Assembly (NCBI GenBank): GCA_007116145.1
Contig: SKJB01000050.1
Coordinates: forward strand, 1,638 to 65,637
Direction of reading: 5' to 3'
Source of the DNA: Limnochordia bacterium
GTDB lineage: Bacteria > Bacillota > Limnochordia > Darwinibacteriales > DTU012
DNA length: 64,000 nt
The position numbers and the translations under genes were made by a program. The notes beneath the pieces were generated by a model, which was not told the DNA's origin, did no database searches, and worked only from the letters and a program-made list of their open reading frames with translations. Positions within the stretch are counted from its first letter, which is position 1, and each line of letters begins with the position of its first letter. Of the stretch, positions 51,659 through 61,294 are shown piece after piece.

Positions 51659-52759
51659 CTATCGTCGTTTATTGTTTTGGACAATCCGTCCCTTTATAAC
51701 CTTTGCGGCAACGAAATCGCTGCGGATCTTAATGTAAACCTGACTGCCGGAAACTGCATATGCGGTCTGCACATAGCCTAGTGCAATACCCTTACCCTTC
51801 ATTGGTGAAATCGACCCACTAGAAACCTGACCGATTACCGTTTCCCCATCGGTAATCGGGTATCCTGCGCGGGGAATACCTCGTCCTTGGAGTTCTAATC
51901 CGACTAATCGGCGTTTAATACCTTGCTTCTTTTGTGCTAATAGACTCTTCTTACCGAAGAAGTTTGCCTTAGAAAACTTCACAAAACGCTCAAGGCCCGC
52001 CTCTAAAGGTGTCGTCTCCTCTGTGATTTCATTGCCATACAGAGGCATTCCCATCTCAAGACGCAAAGTATCACGGGCCCCTAAACCAATAGGCGCGATG
52101 GCAAATTCCGCTCCATTCACAAGGAGCTCCACCCACAATGCAGGAGCATCCACATGGGCAAGATAGAGTTCAAACCCATCCTCGCCTGTGTATCCAGTGC
52201 GTGATACCCGGATCTGTACTCCACCCCAATCCACATCACAAAAACCATAATAGGCTAAGTGGCTAAAGGGTTGTTGTAAGGTCTTCTCCAATACTGCTAA
52301 AGAGTTCGGTCCTTGAATCGCAATGAGCGCAGTCGCTAAAGTGATGTTGCGTATCTGAATATCCCCACTGGTATGTTCGATAATCCATTGATAATCCTTC
52401 GTAGTATTGCTGGCATTGACCACTAAATAGAGTCCCTCGGGAATACGATACACAAGAATATCATCGATAATTCCACCACTCTTTGTTAATAAAAAGTTAT
52501 ATTGAATCTGTCCTGGTGCTAACACACTGATATCGTTAGCAACTAAAGCATTCATTGCAGTCACCCCATCACTACCAGTAACAAGCAGTTCTCCCATGTG
52601 CGACAAATCGAAAATACCAACGGATTCACGCACACACCGATGTTCAGCCATGATGCTCGTATATTCCATAGGCATCGTCCAACCATGGAAATCAACCATT
52701 TTAGCATGGAGTGCAAGGTGTTCCTGATATAACGACGTATGTACCAACGTATGTACCAA
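51659..52759 (-). CDS. gcvT: Glycine cleavage T protein (aminomethyltransferase)
   Basis: FDLSHMG, SRTGYTGEDGFE, GLGARDTLRLE. Confidence 0.96.
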   Translation of the reverse strand: MVHTLVHTSLYQEHLALHAKMVDFHGWTMPMEYTSIMAEHRCVRESVGIFDLSHMGELLVTGSDGVTAMNALVANDISVLAPGQIQYNFLLTKSGGIIDDILVYRIPEGLYLVVNASNTTKDYQWIIEHTSGDIQIRNITLATALIAIQGPNSLAVLEKTLQQPFSHLAYYGFCDVDWGGVQIRVSRTGYTGEDGFELYLAHVDAPALWVELLVNGAEFAIAPIGLGARDTLRLEMGMPLYGNEITEETTPLEAGLERFVKFSKANFFGKKSLLAQKKQGIKRRLVGLELQGRGIPRAGYPITDGETVIGQVSSGSISPMKGKGIALGYVQTAYAVSGSQVYIKIRSDFVAAKVIKGRIVQNNKRR

Positions 52760-52764
52760 CGTAT
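52735..52764. repeat. 12-bp tandem repeat (2.5 copies) spanning the gcvT start
   Basis: ACGTATGTACCA ACGTATGTACCA ACGTAT. Confidence 0.9.
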
Positions 52765-52857
52765 CCCTCCTTACGAGAAATTGTGTTCTTATGTCACCAA
52801 ACCCCGCGCTAACGTATAGTATGTGAGAGACAGCAATTACTTTAGAGGGGGGACGGT

Positions 52858-52950
52858 ATGCTTACTCTAGTTAAATCTTTTCTAGACCCCATATTAAGAG
52901 CACAGAAGAGAACAATTATTCTCATTTGGAAGCCGGTTAAGAAACATTAG
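52858..52950 (+). CDS. Putative 30-aa basic small protein
   Basis: GAGGGGGG RBS, MLTLVKSFLDPILRAQKRTIILIWKPVKKH*, SigK-like CACC-N16-TATAGTAT upstream. Confidence 0.45.
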   Translation: MLTLVKSFLDPILRAQKRTIILIWKPVKKH

Positions 52951-53024
52951 CTTCATCATTCACCCGCTTTAGAAGACGTAGGCCCTCAGTGATATACACT
53001 GGGGTCTTTGTTATCTGTGGTTGG

Positions 53025-53077
53025 TTTTCCACAGAAACTATAGTTATCCCCAAAAGCTGTAGATAACTTGTGCATAA
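53025..53077. promoter_or_regulatory. DnaA-box cluster (four 8/9 boxes)
   Basis: TTTTCCACA 53025, TTATCCCCA 53044, TGTAGATAA 53058, TGTGCATAA 53069. Confidence 0.7.
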
Positions 53078-53183
53078 CTCAATCACAAACTCCTTATTTA
53101 TTACTTCGACCTTATCTCGTATTCTCCTGCGATAAAAGGAAGTCTGCACATACCCGAAAATCTATATTACGCACTGGTTTTCA

Positions 53184-54182
53184 TCAGTTGCGAGTAATTA
53201 GATATATCCGATACATCAGATAGACTCCAATATACCCAAAGAGTGGGTAGGCAACCTTAATTAAGTAGACAAATCCCATATTCGATGCGAGGGAAGCGGT
53301 GCCTACTAAGACAATACAAACTAGCGGATTTGGTAGTGTCAGCATTTGCCTTACTCGCATGGAAAGAGCCAGTGTGTTCGCAATTGCGGTTGTATACATG
53401 GCACACCAAAGAATCAGACCGTAAACAGCACCAATCCAACCGCTCCACCGGTTTGCTAACATAAGCATAGGAATCGGTTGAAAGAGCGTTAACGGGCTAG
53501 TACTCCACAACGCGAAGATTGTCACACTTAGTAACAATCCTAAAACCGCTCCTCCAAGACCGCCCCCTATTTTCGCTTGACGACCAGAAGGTAACACAGG
53601 GCCGACACCTGCAAAGATAGTAAGAGCAAAACCTAGGTTGTAACCGGCATATAGCAACCCATAGAGAGGTCCCATAACCACAGACTCCGTGGGCACAATG
53701 ACTGTCTCTATGCATATTGTGCGGACTCCTATCAGCATCATAATGAGCACCAGAGGACCAGTCATCCAACTACTGACCGCCATCACCTTTCCTGGTCCCT
53801 GCATGAGCACAAGCAGAACTAGACTAGCCGTTATATATCTTCCCCCTTCTATGCTTAGCAAATGCAGTATGGCCTCGTTGCTCCCTGCTAGCATGATCGC
53901 TAGACCTGCAAATAGGAAGAATCCTAGTGCGACGTCTAGGTAGGGTGCACCTACTTTCGTCAACTGTTGCAAGACTTGAAGATAGCTCGTTGTGTTATGA
54001 ACTGCACAGTAATTTACAATCCTCATCCCAAATATACTAAGGAGACTCGTAGCAATTAGTAAACCGATAAGACCACTCCAACCAAAGACAGCAAAGAACT
54101 GTACAGCTTCCTGTCCTGATGCAAAACCAGCACCGATCATTGAAACTATGTATAAAGAGGCTATTTTCCAAACCACATCCAT
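53184..54182 (-). CDS. YkvI/YyaD family membrane protein
   Basis: IGAGFASGQE..QFF, YTTA, YPLFGYIG; divergent from yyaC. Confidence 0.85.
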   Translation of the reverse strand: MDVVWKIASLYIVSMIGAGFASGQEAVQFFAVFGWSGLIGLLIATSLLSIFGMRIVNYCAVHNTTSYLQVLQQLTKVGAPYLDVALGFFLFAGLAIMLAGSNEAILHLLSIEGGRYITASLVLLVLMQGPGKVMAVSSWMTGPLVLIMMLIGVRTICIETVIVPTESVVMGPLYGLLYAGYNLGFALTIFAGVGPVLPSGRQAKIGGGLGGAVLGLLLSVTIFALWSTSPLTLFQPIPMLMLANRWSGWIGAVYGLILWCAMYTTAIANTLALSMRVRQMLTLPNPLVCIVLVGTASLASNMGFVYLIKVAYPLFGYIGVYLMYRIYLITRN

Positions 54183-54322
54183 CCCTCCCCCACATGATTA
54201 TGAGAGAAGCGACCAAAGAATTCATCACAAACACATATTATACCATCACTCTGCGTATAATACACAAGACATGTTTTCGAAAAGAATCGTGCCCGAATTG
54301 TTTGTTAGGGGGAAGTTACATT

Positions 54323-54904
54323 ATGCTCACAAAAGCAAAAGCTCCAATCGCTCGTCTTCACATGGACGAACCTTTTGCATCAGAGTCATTAGCGTTGGCT
54401 ATGACTGGTGCATTTCAACAAACTAGTTTGGTTGTCGTATGTGTCGGTACAGACCGTTCTACAGGCGACTCATTAGGTCCACTTATTGGTAGCCGACTCA
54501 TGGCAGATCCGCGTTCAAATATCACCGTATATGGAACACTCGATGAACCTGTTCATGCACTTAATCTCGATCAGTATGTTAACCAGATTAAAAAAGACCA
54601 CCCCAACAGTACTACCCTGGCCATCGATGCCTGTCTAGGGCGATCAGAAAACGTAGGCTTTATCTCTTTGAAGGAAGGACCATTGAAACCGGGAACCGGA
54701 GTGAATAAAACGTTGCCAAACATTGGGGATTATCATCTTGTCGGTATTGTTAATGTGGGAGGACTCATGGAGTACTTTGTCTTACAAAACACAAGACTAA
54801 GTTTAGTCATGAAGATGAGTGACGTTATTTACGAAGGAATCAAATTGAGTTTTCAAGAGTGGAAAACCAGACCAAGCCGGGTGGGCGAATCTGCTATACC
54901 CTAA
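54323..54904 (+). CDS. yyaC: Spore protease YyaC
   Basis: CVGTDRSTGDSLGPLIG, GTLDEPVHA, IDACLG, LQNTRL. Confidence 0.93.
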   Translation: MLTKAKAPIARLHMDEPFASESLALAMTGAFQQTSLVVVCVGTDRSTGDSLGPLIGSRLMADPRSNITVYGTLDEPVHALNLDQYVNQIKKDHPNSTTLAIDACLGRSENVGFISLKEGPLKPGTGVNKTLPNIGDYHLVGIVNVGGLMEYFVLQNTRLSLVMKMSDVIYEGIKLSFQEWKTRPSRVGESAIP

Positions 54905-54925
54905 CGCATGGATGATTGTTGCCCT

Positions 54926-54967
54926 AGATAGAAATACGTGTTCCACGTGGAACACGTATTTCTATCT
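54926..54967. repeat. 42-bp perfect palindrome containing parS (54939-54954)
   Basis: AGATAGAAATACG-TGTTCCACGTGGAACA-CGTATTTCTATCT equals its own reverse complement. Confidence 0.92.
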
Positions 54968-56107
54968 CACCACATTTTTCATTCTTTGCAAAAACGAATG
55001 GAATATTGCTGGTTGTTTCTTTTCAGCCACGTGACCAATAAATTGATCCGCCAGCCTTTGAATACACTTGCTACTGCCACTGCGGGGAGAACGGAGCAGT
55101 AAAGGTTCTTGCAACATTAGCGATCTGCGGACTGCGCTATCGTCATAAATAAAGCCTGCGTACTCAATATCTGTATGCAAAAACTTCTTAGCCGCGAACT
55201 GGACTTTCTCTGCGACTCGGAGAGCTTCTTGCTCCGACTCTACACGATTAACAACAAGCTTCAAATCTGATCTACCGTGCTCCTTAACCAACACTTTCAA
55301 CAATGCATAAGCATCTGTTAATGCGTGAGGTTCAGGCGTCGTAATGATATAACCCATTCCTGCAGCGGCCACGAAATTGGTAACATTACGGGACAGGCCT
55401 GCTGGAGTGTCGATAATCATGATATCAATGTACTCGGACAATGAGTCAAACCCTAGTGCTAGACGATTATACTCCACATCCCCCAACTCAGTCAACTGCT
55501 GAATGCCCGAACATCCAGGCAAAATCTTAATGCCCTTTGGTCCTTCAAGAATAGTGTCTAGCAGATCCATCTGACCAGAGATAACATGGGCTATGTTATA
55601 ACGTGGTGCCAAATTGAGCACTACATCAACATTCGCTGTTCCCAAATCACCATCGAGAATACAGACACACATTCCTCGTTGGGCGAGTGCTAGGGCCATG
55701 TTCACTGTAAAGGTGGTTTTTCCTACCCCTCCTTTGCCCGACGCTACTGCAAACAACCTCATATTATTCTTAGGTTCATAACTCCCCAAGTCAAACATTT
55801 CCTCTTGAATGGCTTGTAATACAAGGCAACGATGATCACCATTAACTCTGTCTATAACCGTACACTCTAGTTTCGTATCTTCTTCATCATTTTTATGTAT
55901 GGTTACTCGAATACCAACCGGAATAAATACGAGTTTTCCGTTGTCCATGGGAAACGTTATATGAATAATAGCCTTTGCGGGATTGCTTGCAATAACCGTG
56001 GTTGGATACACCCCTTTGACAACATAGGACTCAACCCGAAGTTCTATCGCAGTTCCCGGTTTCCATGGTAACTCAGTGCGTTCGTAGCGATTTCCAATCA
56101 TTACCAT
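54962..56107 (-). CDS. YcgR-N-like domain fused to FlhG/MinD-type ATPase
   Basis: SGKGGVGKT, DGDLGTANVD, DTPAG, TTPEP..LTDAY, C-terminal amphipathic FHSFLQRM; about 110-aa beta-rich N-terminal extension. Confidence 0.78.
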   Translation of the reverse strand: MVMIGNRYERTELPWKPGTAIELRVESYVVKGVYPTTVIASNPAKAIIHITFPMDNGKLVFIPVGIRVTIHKNDEEDTKLECTVIDRVNGDHRCLVLQAIQEEMFDLGSYEPKNNMRLFAVASGKGGVGKTTFTVNMALALAQRGMCVCILDGDLGTANVDVVLNLAPRYNIAHVISGQMDLLDTILEGPKGIKILPGCSGIQQLTELGDVEYNRLALGFDSLSEYIDIMIIDTPAGLSRNVTNFVAAAGMGYIITTPEPHALTDAYALLKVLVKEHGRSDLKLVVNRVESEQEALRVAEKVQFAAKKFLHTDIEYAGFIYDDSAVRRSLMLQEPLLLRSPRSGSSKCIQRLADQFIGHVAEKKQPAIFHSFLQRMKNVVR

Positions 56108-56118
56108 TCCCCCATCGT

Positions 56119-56952
56119 TTAACCTCTCATAAACTCAAGGATTCGTTCAAGCTCCTCGTCCGAATAGTACTCAATTTGAATCTTTCCTTTGCCTTTCCGA
56201 TAATCAAGCTTCACTTTTGTCCCTAAAACGCGTTGCAACTCATCTTGTAAACCCTGAACTTCTGGGGTTTTACTCAAACTTGTTCCACGTGGAACACTCT
56301 GCTTTGCTTTAAGCAGTTTTTCTAGCTGACGCACAGAGAGATCCTCACTGATAACTCGTTCTGCTAGCACTTGTCGTTCTGCTCTGCTCTCTACAGAGAG
56401 GAGTACTTTTGCATGTCCTGTACTTAATTTTCCACTGATGACACACTGTTTCACTTTACTATCCAAACCTAACAAACGTAGTGAATTAGCCACCGATGAC
56501 CGTTTCTTACCAACAGAATACGCAACTTCCTCCTGGGTAAGAGCAAACTCTTCAATAAGTCTTTGATACCCTTCGGCTTCCTCTATTGCATTTAGATCCT
56601 CCCGTTGCAAGTTCTCGATCAGTGCTATTTCCATCATCTCTTTATCTGTTAGCTCGCGAACCACTGCTGGAATTGTCGCTATATCAGCCAACGTACAAGC
56701 TCGCCAACGTCTCTCGCCCACTACTATCTCATAGGTATTGCCCTTACTGCGCACGATAATTGGTTCTAATACCCCATACTGACGAATTGATGCCGCAAGT
56801 TGCTCTAATTTCTCTTCGTCAAAGTGTTTGCGAGGTTGAAAGGGATTAGCGGTAATCATTTTTGTCTTAAGTTCTTCCACTCCTGACTGATTTCCTTCCT
56901 CCGCTTGCGGAATCAGTGAACGTAAACCCTTACCCAAAGCTTGTCTACTCAA
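56119..56952 (-). CDS. parB: Chromosome partitioning protein ParB/Spo0J
   Basis: [38 protein letters not shown]. Confidence 0.97.
   Translation of the reverse strand: MSRQALGKGLRSLIPQAEEGNQSGVEELKTKMITANPFQPRKHFDEEKLEQLAASIRQYGVLEPIIVRSKGNTYEIVVGERRWRACTLADIATIPAVVRELTDKEMMEIALIENLQREDLNAIEEAEGYQRLIEEFALTQEEVAYSVGKKRSSVANSLRLLGLDSKVKQCVISGKLSTGHAKVLLSVESRAERQVLAERVISEDLSVRQLEKLLKAKQSVPRGTSLSKTPEVQGLQDELQRVLGTKVKLDYRKGKGKIQIEYYSDEELERILEFMRG
56281..56296. promoter_or_regulatory. parS site inside parB
   Basis: TGTTCCACGTGGAACA, encoding VPRGT as in B. subtilis spo0J. Confidence 0.92.
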
Positions 56953-57712
56953 GCGCTAAAACCTCCTCCGCTAAACTTCTATATGCTAAAGCCCCTTTGG
57001 ATTTATCATCATAGATGGCTATGGGTTGTCCAAAACTCGGTGCTTCACTCAGGCGAATATTTCTTGGAATAATGGACTCATACACTTTCACTTGCGATTG
57101 AAAGTAGTTTTTTACATCCTGAATGACCTGTTGTGAGAGGTTTGTGCGGGCATCAAACATTGTCATTACGACGCCCTCCCACTCTAATTCAGGGTTTAAA
57201 TGCTCTTGTACCATGGCAATTGTGCTTACTAATTGACTTAAACCTTCTAAAGCATAGTATTCACACTGAATCGGTACAATCACCGAATTTGATGCACTCA
57301 ATCCATTTATCGTCAATAAACCGAGCGATGGTGGTGCATCGGTTAAAATATAATCATAACGACTAGCTACACTATCCAAAGCTTTCTTCAATCGAAATTC
57401 ACGAGAAATCGTGGAGACTAATTCAATCTCTGCTCCTGCTAGTTCGATTGTGGCTGGAGCAATGTGAAATCGATCAATCTCTGTTTCAAGGATGATCCGC
57501 TCAAGGCGCTCTCCCTCAATAAGGACTGAATACATACATCGGTTAATCTGACTCTTGTCCACACCAACCCCACTCGATGCATTACCCTGAGGGTCAATAT
57601 CGACTAATAGTACCCGCTGTCCGGCTAATGCTAAATATGCACCCAAGTTAACTGCTGTTGTACTCTTACCAACACCACCTTTTTGATTCACTATGGAGAT
57701 TACCTTTGCCAT
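56945..57712 (-). CDS. parA: ParA/Soj ATPase
   Basis: [35 protein letters not shown]. Confidence 0.97.
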   Translation of the reverse strand: MAKVISIVNQKGGVGKSTTAVNLGAYLALAGQRVLLVDIDPQGNASSGVGVDKSQINRCMYSVLIEGERLERIILETEIDRFHIAPATIELAGAEIELVSTISREFRLKKALDSVASRYDYILTDAPPSLGLLTINGLSASNSVIVPIQCEYYALEGLSQLVSTIAMVQEHLNPELEWEGVVMTMFDARTNLSQQVIQDVKNYFQSQVKVYESIIPRNIRLSEAPSFGQPIAIYDDKSKGALAYRSLAEEVLALE

Positions 57713-58587
57713 TATTGTCCCCCCTTTTTCGGTTTGCGAATAACTACACTCACTTTATAATACTCTTCTTCCTCTTCCTCGAGATAATCAACTGTAAGCC
57801 CACTTTCTGTAAGGCAATCGGTCAATTCTTTCAAACTATTCGTAAACAGTCTAATATCCTTAAAAACGATCTTCCGGTTACTGCGTTGCGGTTCCTTCGG
57901 CAACTTCTTCTCATTGATTTTTTCAACAAGAGTCTCAGTCTGTGCTACATTGAGGCTCTTATCTGCAATTTCCTTGATGAGAGCTAATCTTTCTTCCTGA
58001 GAATCTACCTTAAGCAACGCACGAGCATGACGTGCACTAAGGCTATGCTCTGAAATTGCTGCTCGTTCTACGGTACTTAACTTCAATAATCTCAGTCGAT
58101 TTGCAATACTTGATTGACTCTTTCCCAACTTTTTTGCTAATTCCTCTTGTTTTAATTCAAATTCTTCTAACAGTCGGTAATACCCTTCTGCTTCCTCAAA
58201 AAAATGCAAATCTCGACGCTGCAGATTCTCAATTAGAGCTAGTTCAGCCGATGCTTTATCGGTTACCTGTTTAATAATTGCAGGAACTGATGTCCAACCC
58301 AGTAGTTTACAGGCTCTTAAACGTCTTTCTCCAACTATTAGCTGATAATTATCTTCAAACTCTCGAACAATTACTGGATGGAGAATACCGTGCTCACTGA
58401 TGGATTGGGCTAATTCATCGAGTCCCTCGCTATCAAACTCACTGCGTGGTTGATACGGATTGGTCTGGATTCTTTCAATACCGATCGATTGAACTTCCTC
58501 TCTCCATCTTTCACTGTGGGATTCACTTTCATCCAAAGATTTACCTTTTGCCCGTAACATATCGGTTAGCTTCATCGTTGTCACCAC
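57712..58587 (-). CDS. noc: Nucleoid occlusion protein (ParB-like)
   Basis: [33 protein letters not shown]; between rsmG and parA. Confidence 0.9.
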   Translation of the reverse strand: MVTTMKLTDMLRAKGKSLDESESHSERWREEVQSIGIERIQTNPYQPRSEFDSEGLDELAQSISEHGILHPVIVREFEDNYQLIVGERRLRACKLLGWTSVPAIIKQVTDKASAELALIENLQRRDLHFFEEAEGYYRLLEEFELKQEELAKKLGKSQSSIANRLRLLKLSTVERAAISEHSLSARHARALLKVDSQEERLALIKEIADKSLNVAQTETLVEKINEKKLPKEPQRSNRKIVFKDIRLFTNSLKELTDCLTESGLTVDYLEEEEEEYYKVSVVIRKPKKGGQ

Positions 58588-58683
58588 CTATAACTCTTCT
58601 TGCTTGTGTAATTCGTTACTGTATACTAGGCTTCCTTCTGTGCAACAAAAAAAGCAAGCGTCTCCCTTACCTTTTACTTCTAC

Positions 58684-59406
58684 CTACAAAGGTTGCTTGC
58701 TTGGAGTACCAGCTTTACGAGGATATTGATTGGGAGTTTCGTGTATCTTCTCATATACAATGACGGAGCGCTGTCCCATCCCAAATGGAAGTTCATAGAC
58801 ATAAGTCTCCGCCACTATTGCTCCTAAAAGCTCACAACTGCGTTTGCTTGCTTCTAACTCTGCTTCGATATCCCCACTTTTTAGTGCAATAAAAGTGCCC
58901 TTCTGCTTGATATAAGGAATACAATATTCCAGTAAAACAGGAAGCCCAGCCACAGCGCGGGCGATACCCCAATCAAAACCCTGTCTATAAGTACTCTTTT
59001 TGGCAATTTCTTCGGCACGCCCATGAATACCCGCTGTATTATCAACCCCAACCTGGGTACAGCTATTTTGGATAAACTTAATTCTTTTTTCTAAACTATC
59101 TAATAATGTTAGTTTTGCAGAGGGATAATACACGGCAAGTGCTATCCCTGGAAAGCCAGGACCCGTACCTATATCGATCCCTCGACCCTGACTGAAATCT
59201 CTAACCTTTGTACACAAAAGTGAATCGACATAGTGTTTAATGGCAAACTCCTTCGGTTCGACAATCCGGGTTAAATTCATGGCTTTATTCGTTTCAATCA
59301 CTAATTCTGCATACTGAACAAGTTTGGTCACCTGTTCTTCGCTAATTGTGATACTTACTGCCTCGCATCCCTTGATTAACCACTCACGTAGCTCTACTCC
59401 AAACAT
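58684..59406 (-). CDS. rsmG: 16S rRNA m7G527 methyltransferase
   Basis: NLTRI, HYVDSL, DIGTGPGFPG, RAVA, YPRKAG. Confidence 0.96.
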   Translation of the reverse strand: MFGVELREWLIKGCEAVSITISEEQVTKLVQYAELVIETNKAMNLTRIVEPKEFAIKHYVDSLLCTKVRDFSQGRGIDIGTGPGFPGIALAVYYPSAKLTLLDSLEKRIKFIQNSCTQVGVDNTAGIHGRAEEIAKKSTYRQGFDWGIARAVAGLPVLLEYCIPYIKQKGTFIALKSGDIEAELEASKRSCELLGAIVAETYVYELPFGMGQRSVIVYEKIHETPNQYPRKAGTPSKQPL

Positions 59407-59416
59407 ATCTGCACCC

Positions 59417-61294
59417 CTATTCTCTAACCAAATTCGCCTGTAGCTGCTGCAAATGAATCATCAATACTGAAATATCTGCTGGCGATACTCCTGAAATCCG
59501 CGATGCCTGTCCTAGAGTCAATGGTTGATGTCTAGCTAATTTTTCCTGTGCTTCCCGTGAAAGTCCGTGAATCTGGGCATAGTTAAGCGGTGGCAACGCC
59601 CGCTCCTCCACCCTGCGAAACCGCTCAATTGCTCCAAGCTGTTTTTTTAAATACCCTGCATACTTTATGCTAATGGCTACAGCATCATGAACTTCCTTCG
59701 TCAACTTCGGCACTGTGGCAAAACGCGCAAGATCGAAATAGCTAATTTCTGGTCGTCTTAATAACTCTGCCAAACTTGCTCCATGCCCTAATGGAGCCGA
59801 ATCTAGGGCTACCAACGCCTCATTCACAGCACTAGTTGCTCCGATCTGGGTTTTTTCTAATCGATCCACTTCTTGCCCGATCTGATGCCACTTCTCTTGA
59901 AATCCTTGGAAGCGCTCTTCACTGATCAAGCCTAATTGATGTCCTATTTCAGTCAAGCGCTGATCTGCGTTGTCTTGTCGCAAAAACAGGCGATATTCTG
60001 CCCTCGATGTCATCATCCGGTAGGGCTCCTGTGTGCCTTTAATCACTAAATCATCAATAAGCACCCCAATATAGGCTTGGGAGCGATCTAATGTTACTAG
60101 TGGTTTATTCTGAGCAAACAATGCGGCATTAATCCCTGCAATTAGCCCTTGGGCTGCAGCTTCCTCGTAGCCTGATGTGCCATTAATTTGGCCCGCTGCA
60201 AACAAGCCAGCAATAGACTTAACCTGCAGATAGCTATTTAAAGCTAAAGGATCAAGACAGTCATACTCAATAGCATATCCCGCTCGCATTATTTCGACAT
60301 TTCGTAGTCCTGGGATAGTCTGTAAAAACTCTAATTGCACATCCACCGGGAGCGATGTCGACAAACCTGATAGATAACCCTCTGCTGTATTCCAGCCTTC
60401 TGGCTCCACGAATACTTGGTGTCCTTTGCGATCGGGGAACTGAACGATCTTGCTCTCAATCGACGGACAATACCGTGGTCCAACTCCTTTTATGGCTCCA
60501 CTATACATGGCGGATCGCTGCAAATTTTCTTGGATTACTCGATGGGATTCCTCATTGGTATATGTGAGCCAGCAAGGAACTTGCTCCACATCATACCCTT
60601 TTGTCTCAAAGGAAAACCCATAGAAAAACTCATTACCTGGTTGAATCGTCATCTCTTTATAATCTAATGACTGTAAATTCACTCTCGGTGGAGTGCCCGT
60701 TTTAAACCGCACCAAAGGCAACCATCTTTCTAAATCTTCACCTAAAGCCTGGGCTGGGTGCTGTCCTTGAGGGCCTGAAGCATAGCTATAGTCTCCGATA
60801 AAAATCTGTGATCGGAGATAGGTACCTGTAGCCAAGATCACTGTTTTTGCGAGAATCTGTTCCCCGCGTATTGAAACACCCTCTACAACACCATCATGAA
60901 CAAGAAGAGCGTCCACTATGCCTTCCTTCAATGCGAGTCCTGGTGTTAGCTCCAAAACTTCCTTCATCCGTCTCTGGTATAACTTACGATCTGCCTGTGC
61001 ACGCAATGCCTGAACGGCGGGACCTTTGCGAGTGTTTAACATGCGCATCTGCATAAGAGTAGCATCAATATTACGACCCATCTCACCACCTAAAGCATCT
61101 ATCTCGCGCACGAGATTTGCCTTAGCTGGCCCTCCGATAGAAGGATTACATGGCATCAATGCTACATTATCAATATTCATGGTTAAGAGCAAAACTTCTT
61201 GGTTCATCCGGGCTGCAGCCAAAGCAGCCTCGCAACCTGCATGTCCAGCTCCGATAACAATGACATCAAATCGCTCACTTCTAGGCTGATACAT
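59417..61294 (-). CDS. mnmG: tRNA U34 modification enzyme MnmG/GidA, canonical-motif copy
   Basis: [58 protein letters not shown]. Confidence 0.95.
   Translation of the reverse strand: MYQPRSERFDVIVIGAGHAGCEAALAAARMNQEVLLLTMNIDNVALMPCNPSIGGPAKANLVREIDALGGEMGRNIDATLMQMRMLNTRKGPAVQALRAQADRKLYQRRMKEVLELTPGLALKEGIVDALLVHDGVVEGVSIRGEQILAKTVILATGTYLRSQIFIGDYSYASGPQGQHPAQALGEDLERWLPLVRFKTGTPPRVNLQSLDYKEMTIQPGNEFFYGFSFETKGYDVEQVPCWLTYTNEESHRVIQENLQRSAMYSGAIKGVGPRYCPSIESKIVQFPDRKGHQVFVEPEGWNTAEGYLSGLSTSLPVDVQLEFLQTIPGLRNVEIMRAGYAIEYDCLDPLALNSYLQVKSIAGLFAAGQINGTSGYEEAAAQGLIAGINAALFAQNKPLVTLDRSQAYIGVLIDDLVIKGTQEPYRMMTSRAEYRLFLRQDNADQRLTEIGHQLGLISEERFQGFQEKWHQIGQEVDRLEKTQIGATSAVNEALVALDSAPLGHGASLAELLRRPEISYFDLARFATVPKLTKEVHDAVAISIKYAGYLKKQLGAIERFRRVEERALPPLNYAQIHGLSREAQEKLARHQPLTLGQASRISGVSPADISVLMIHLQQLQANLVRE

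Noticed and set aside
48447..52759. Functional coupling of gcv (glycine/CH2-THF supply) to the mnmG pair
   Set aside because: Chemically suggestive, but the operons are separate and about 7 kb apart; proximity alone is not evidence
52937..53149. 70-aa minus-strand ORF in the track
   Set aside because: No convincing RBS or recognisable motif; it overlaps the DnaA-box cluster, which explains the region better
52765..53180. Glycine riboswitch expected upstream of gcvT
   Set aside because: No GGAGA...GAAGG...CTCAGG aptamer pattern on the minus strand
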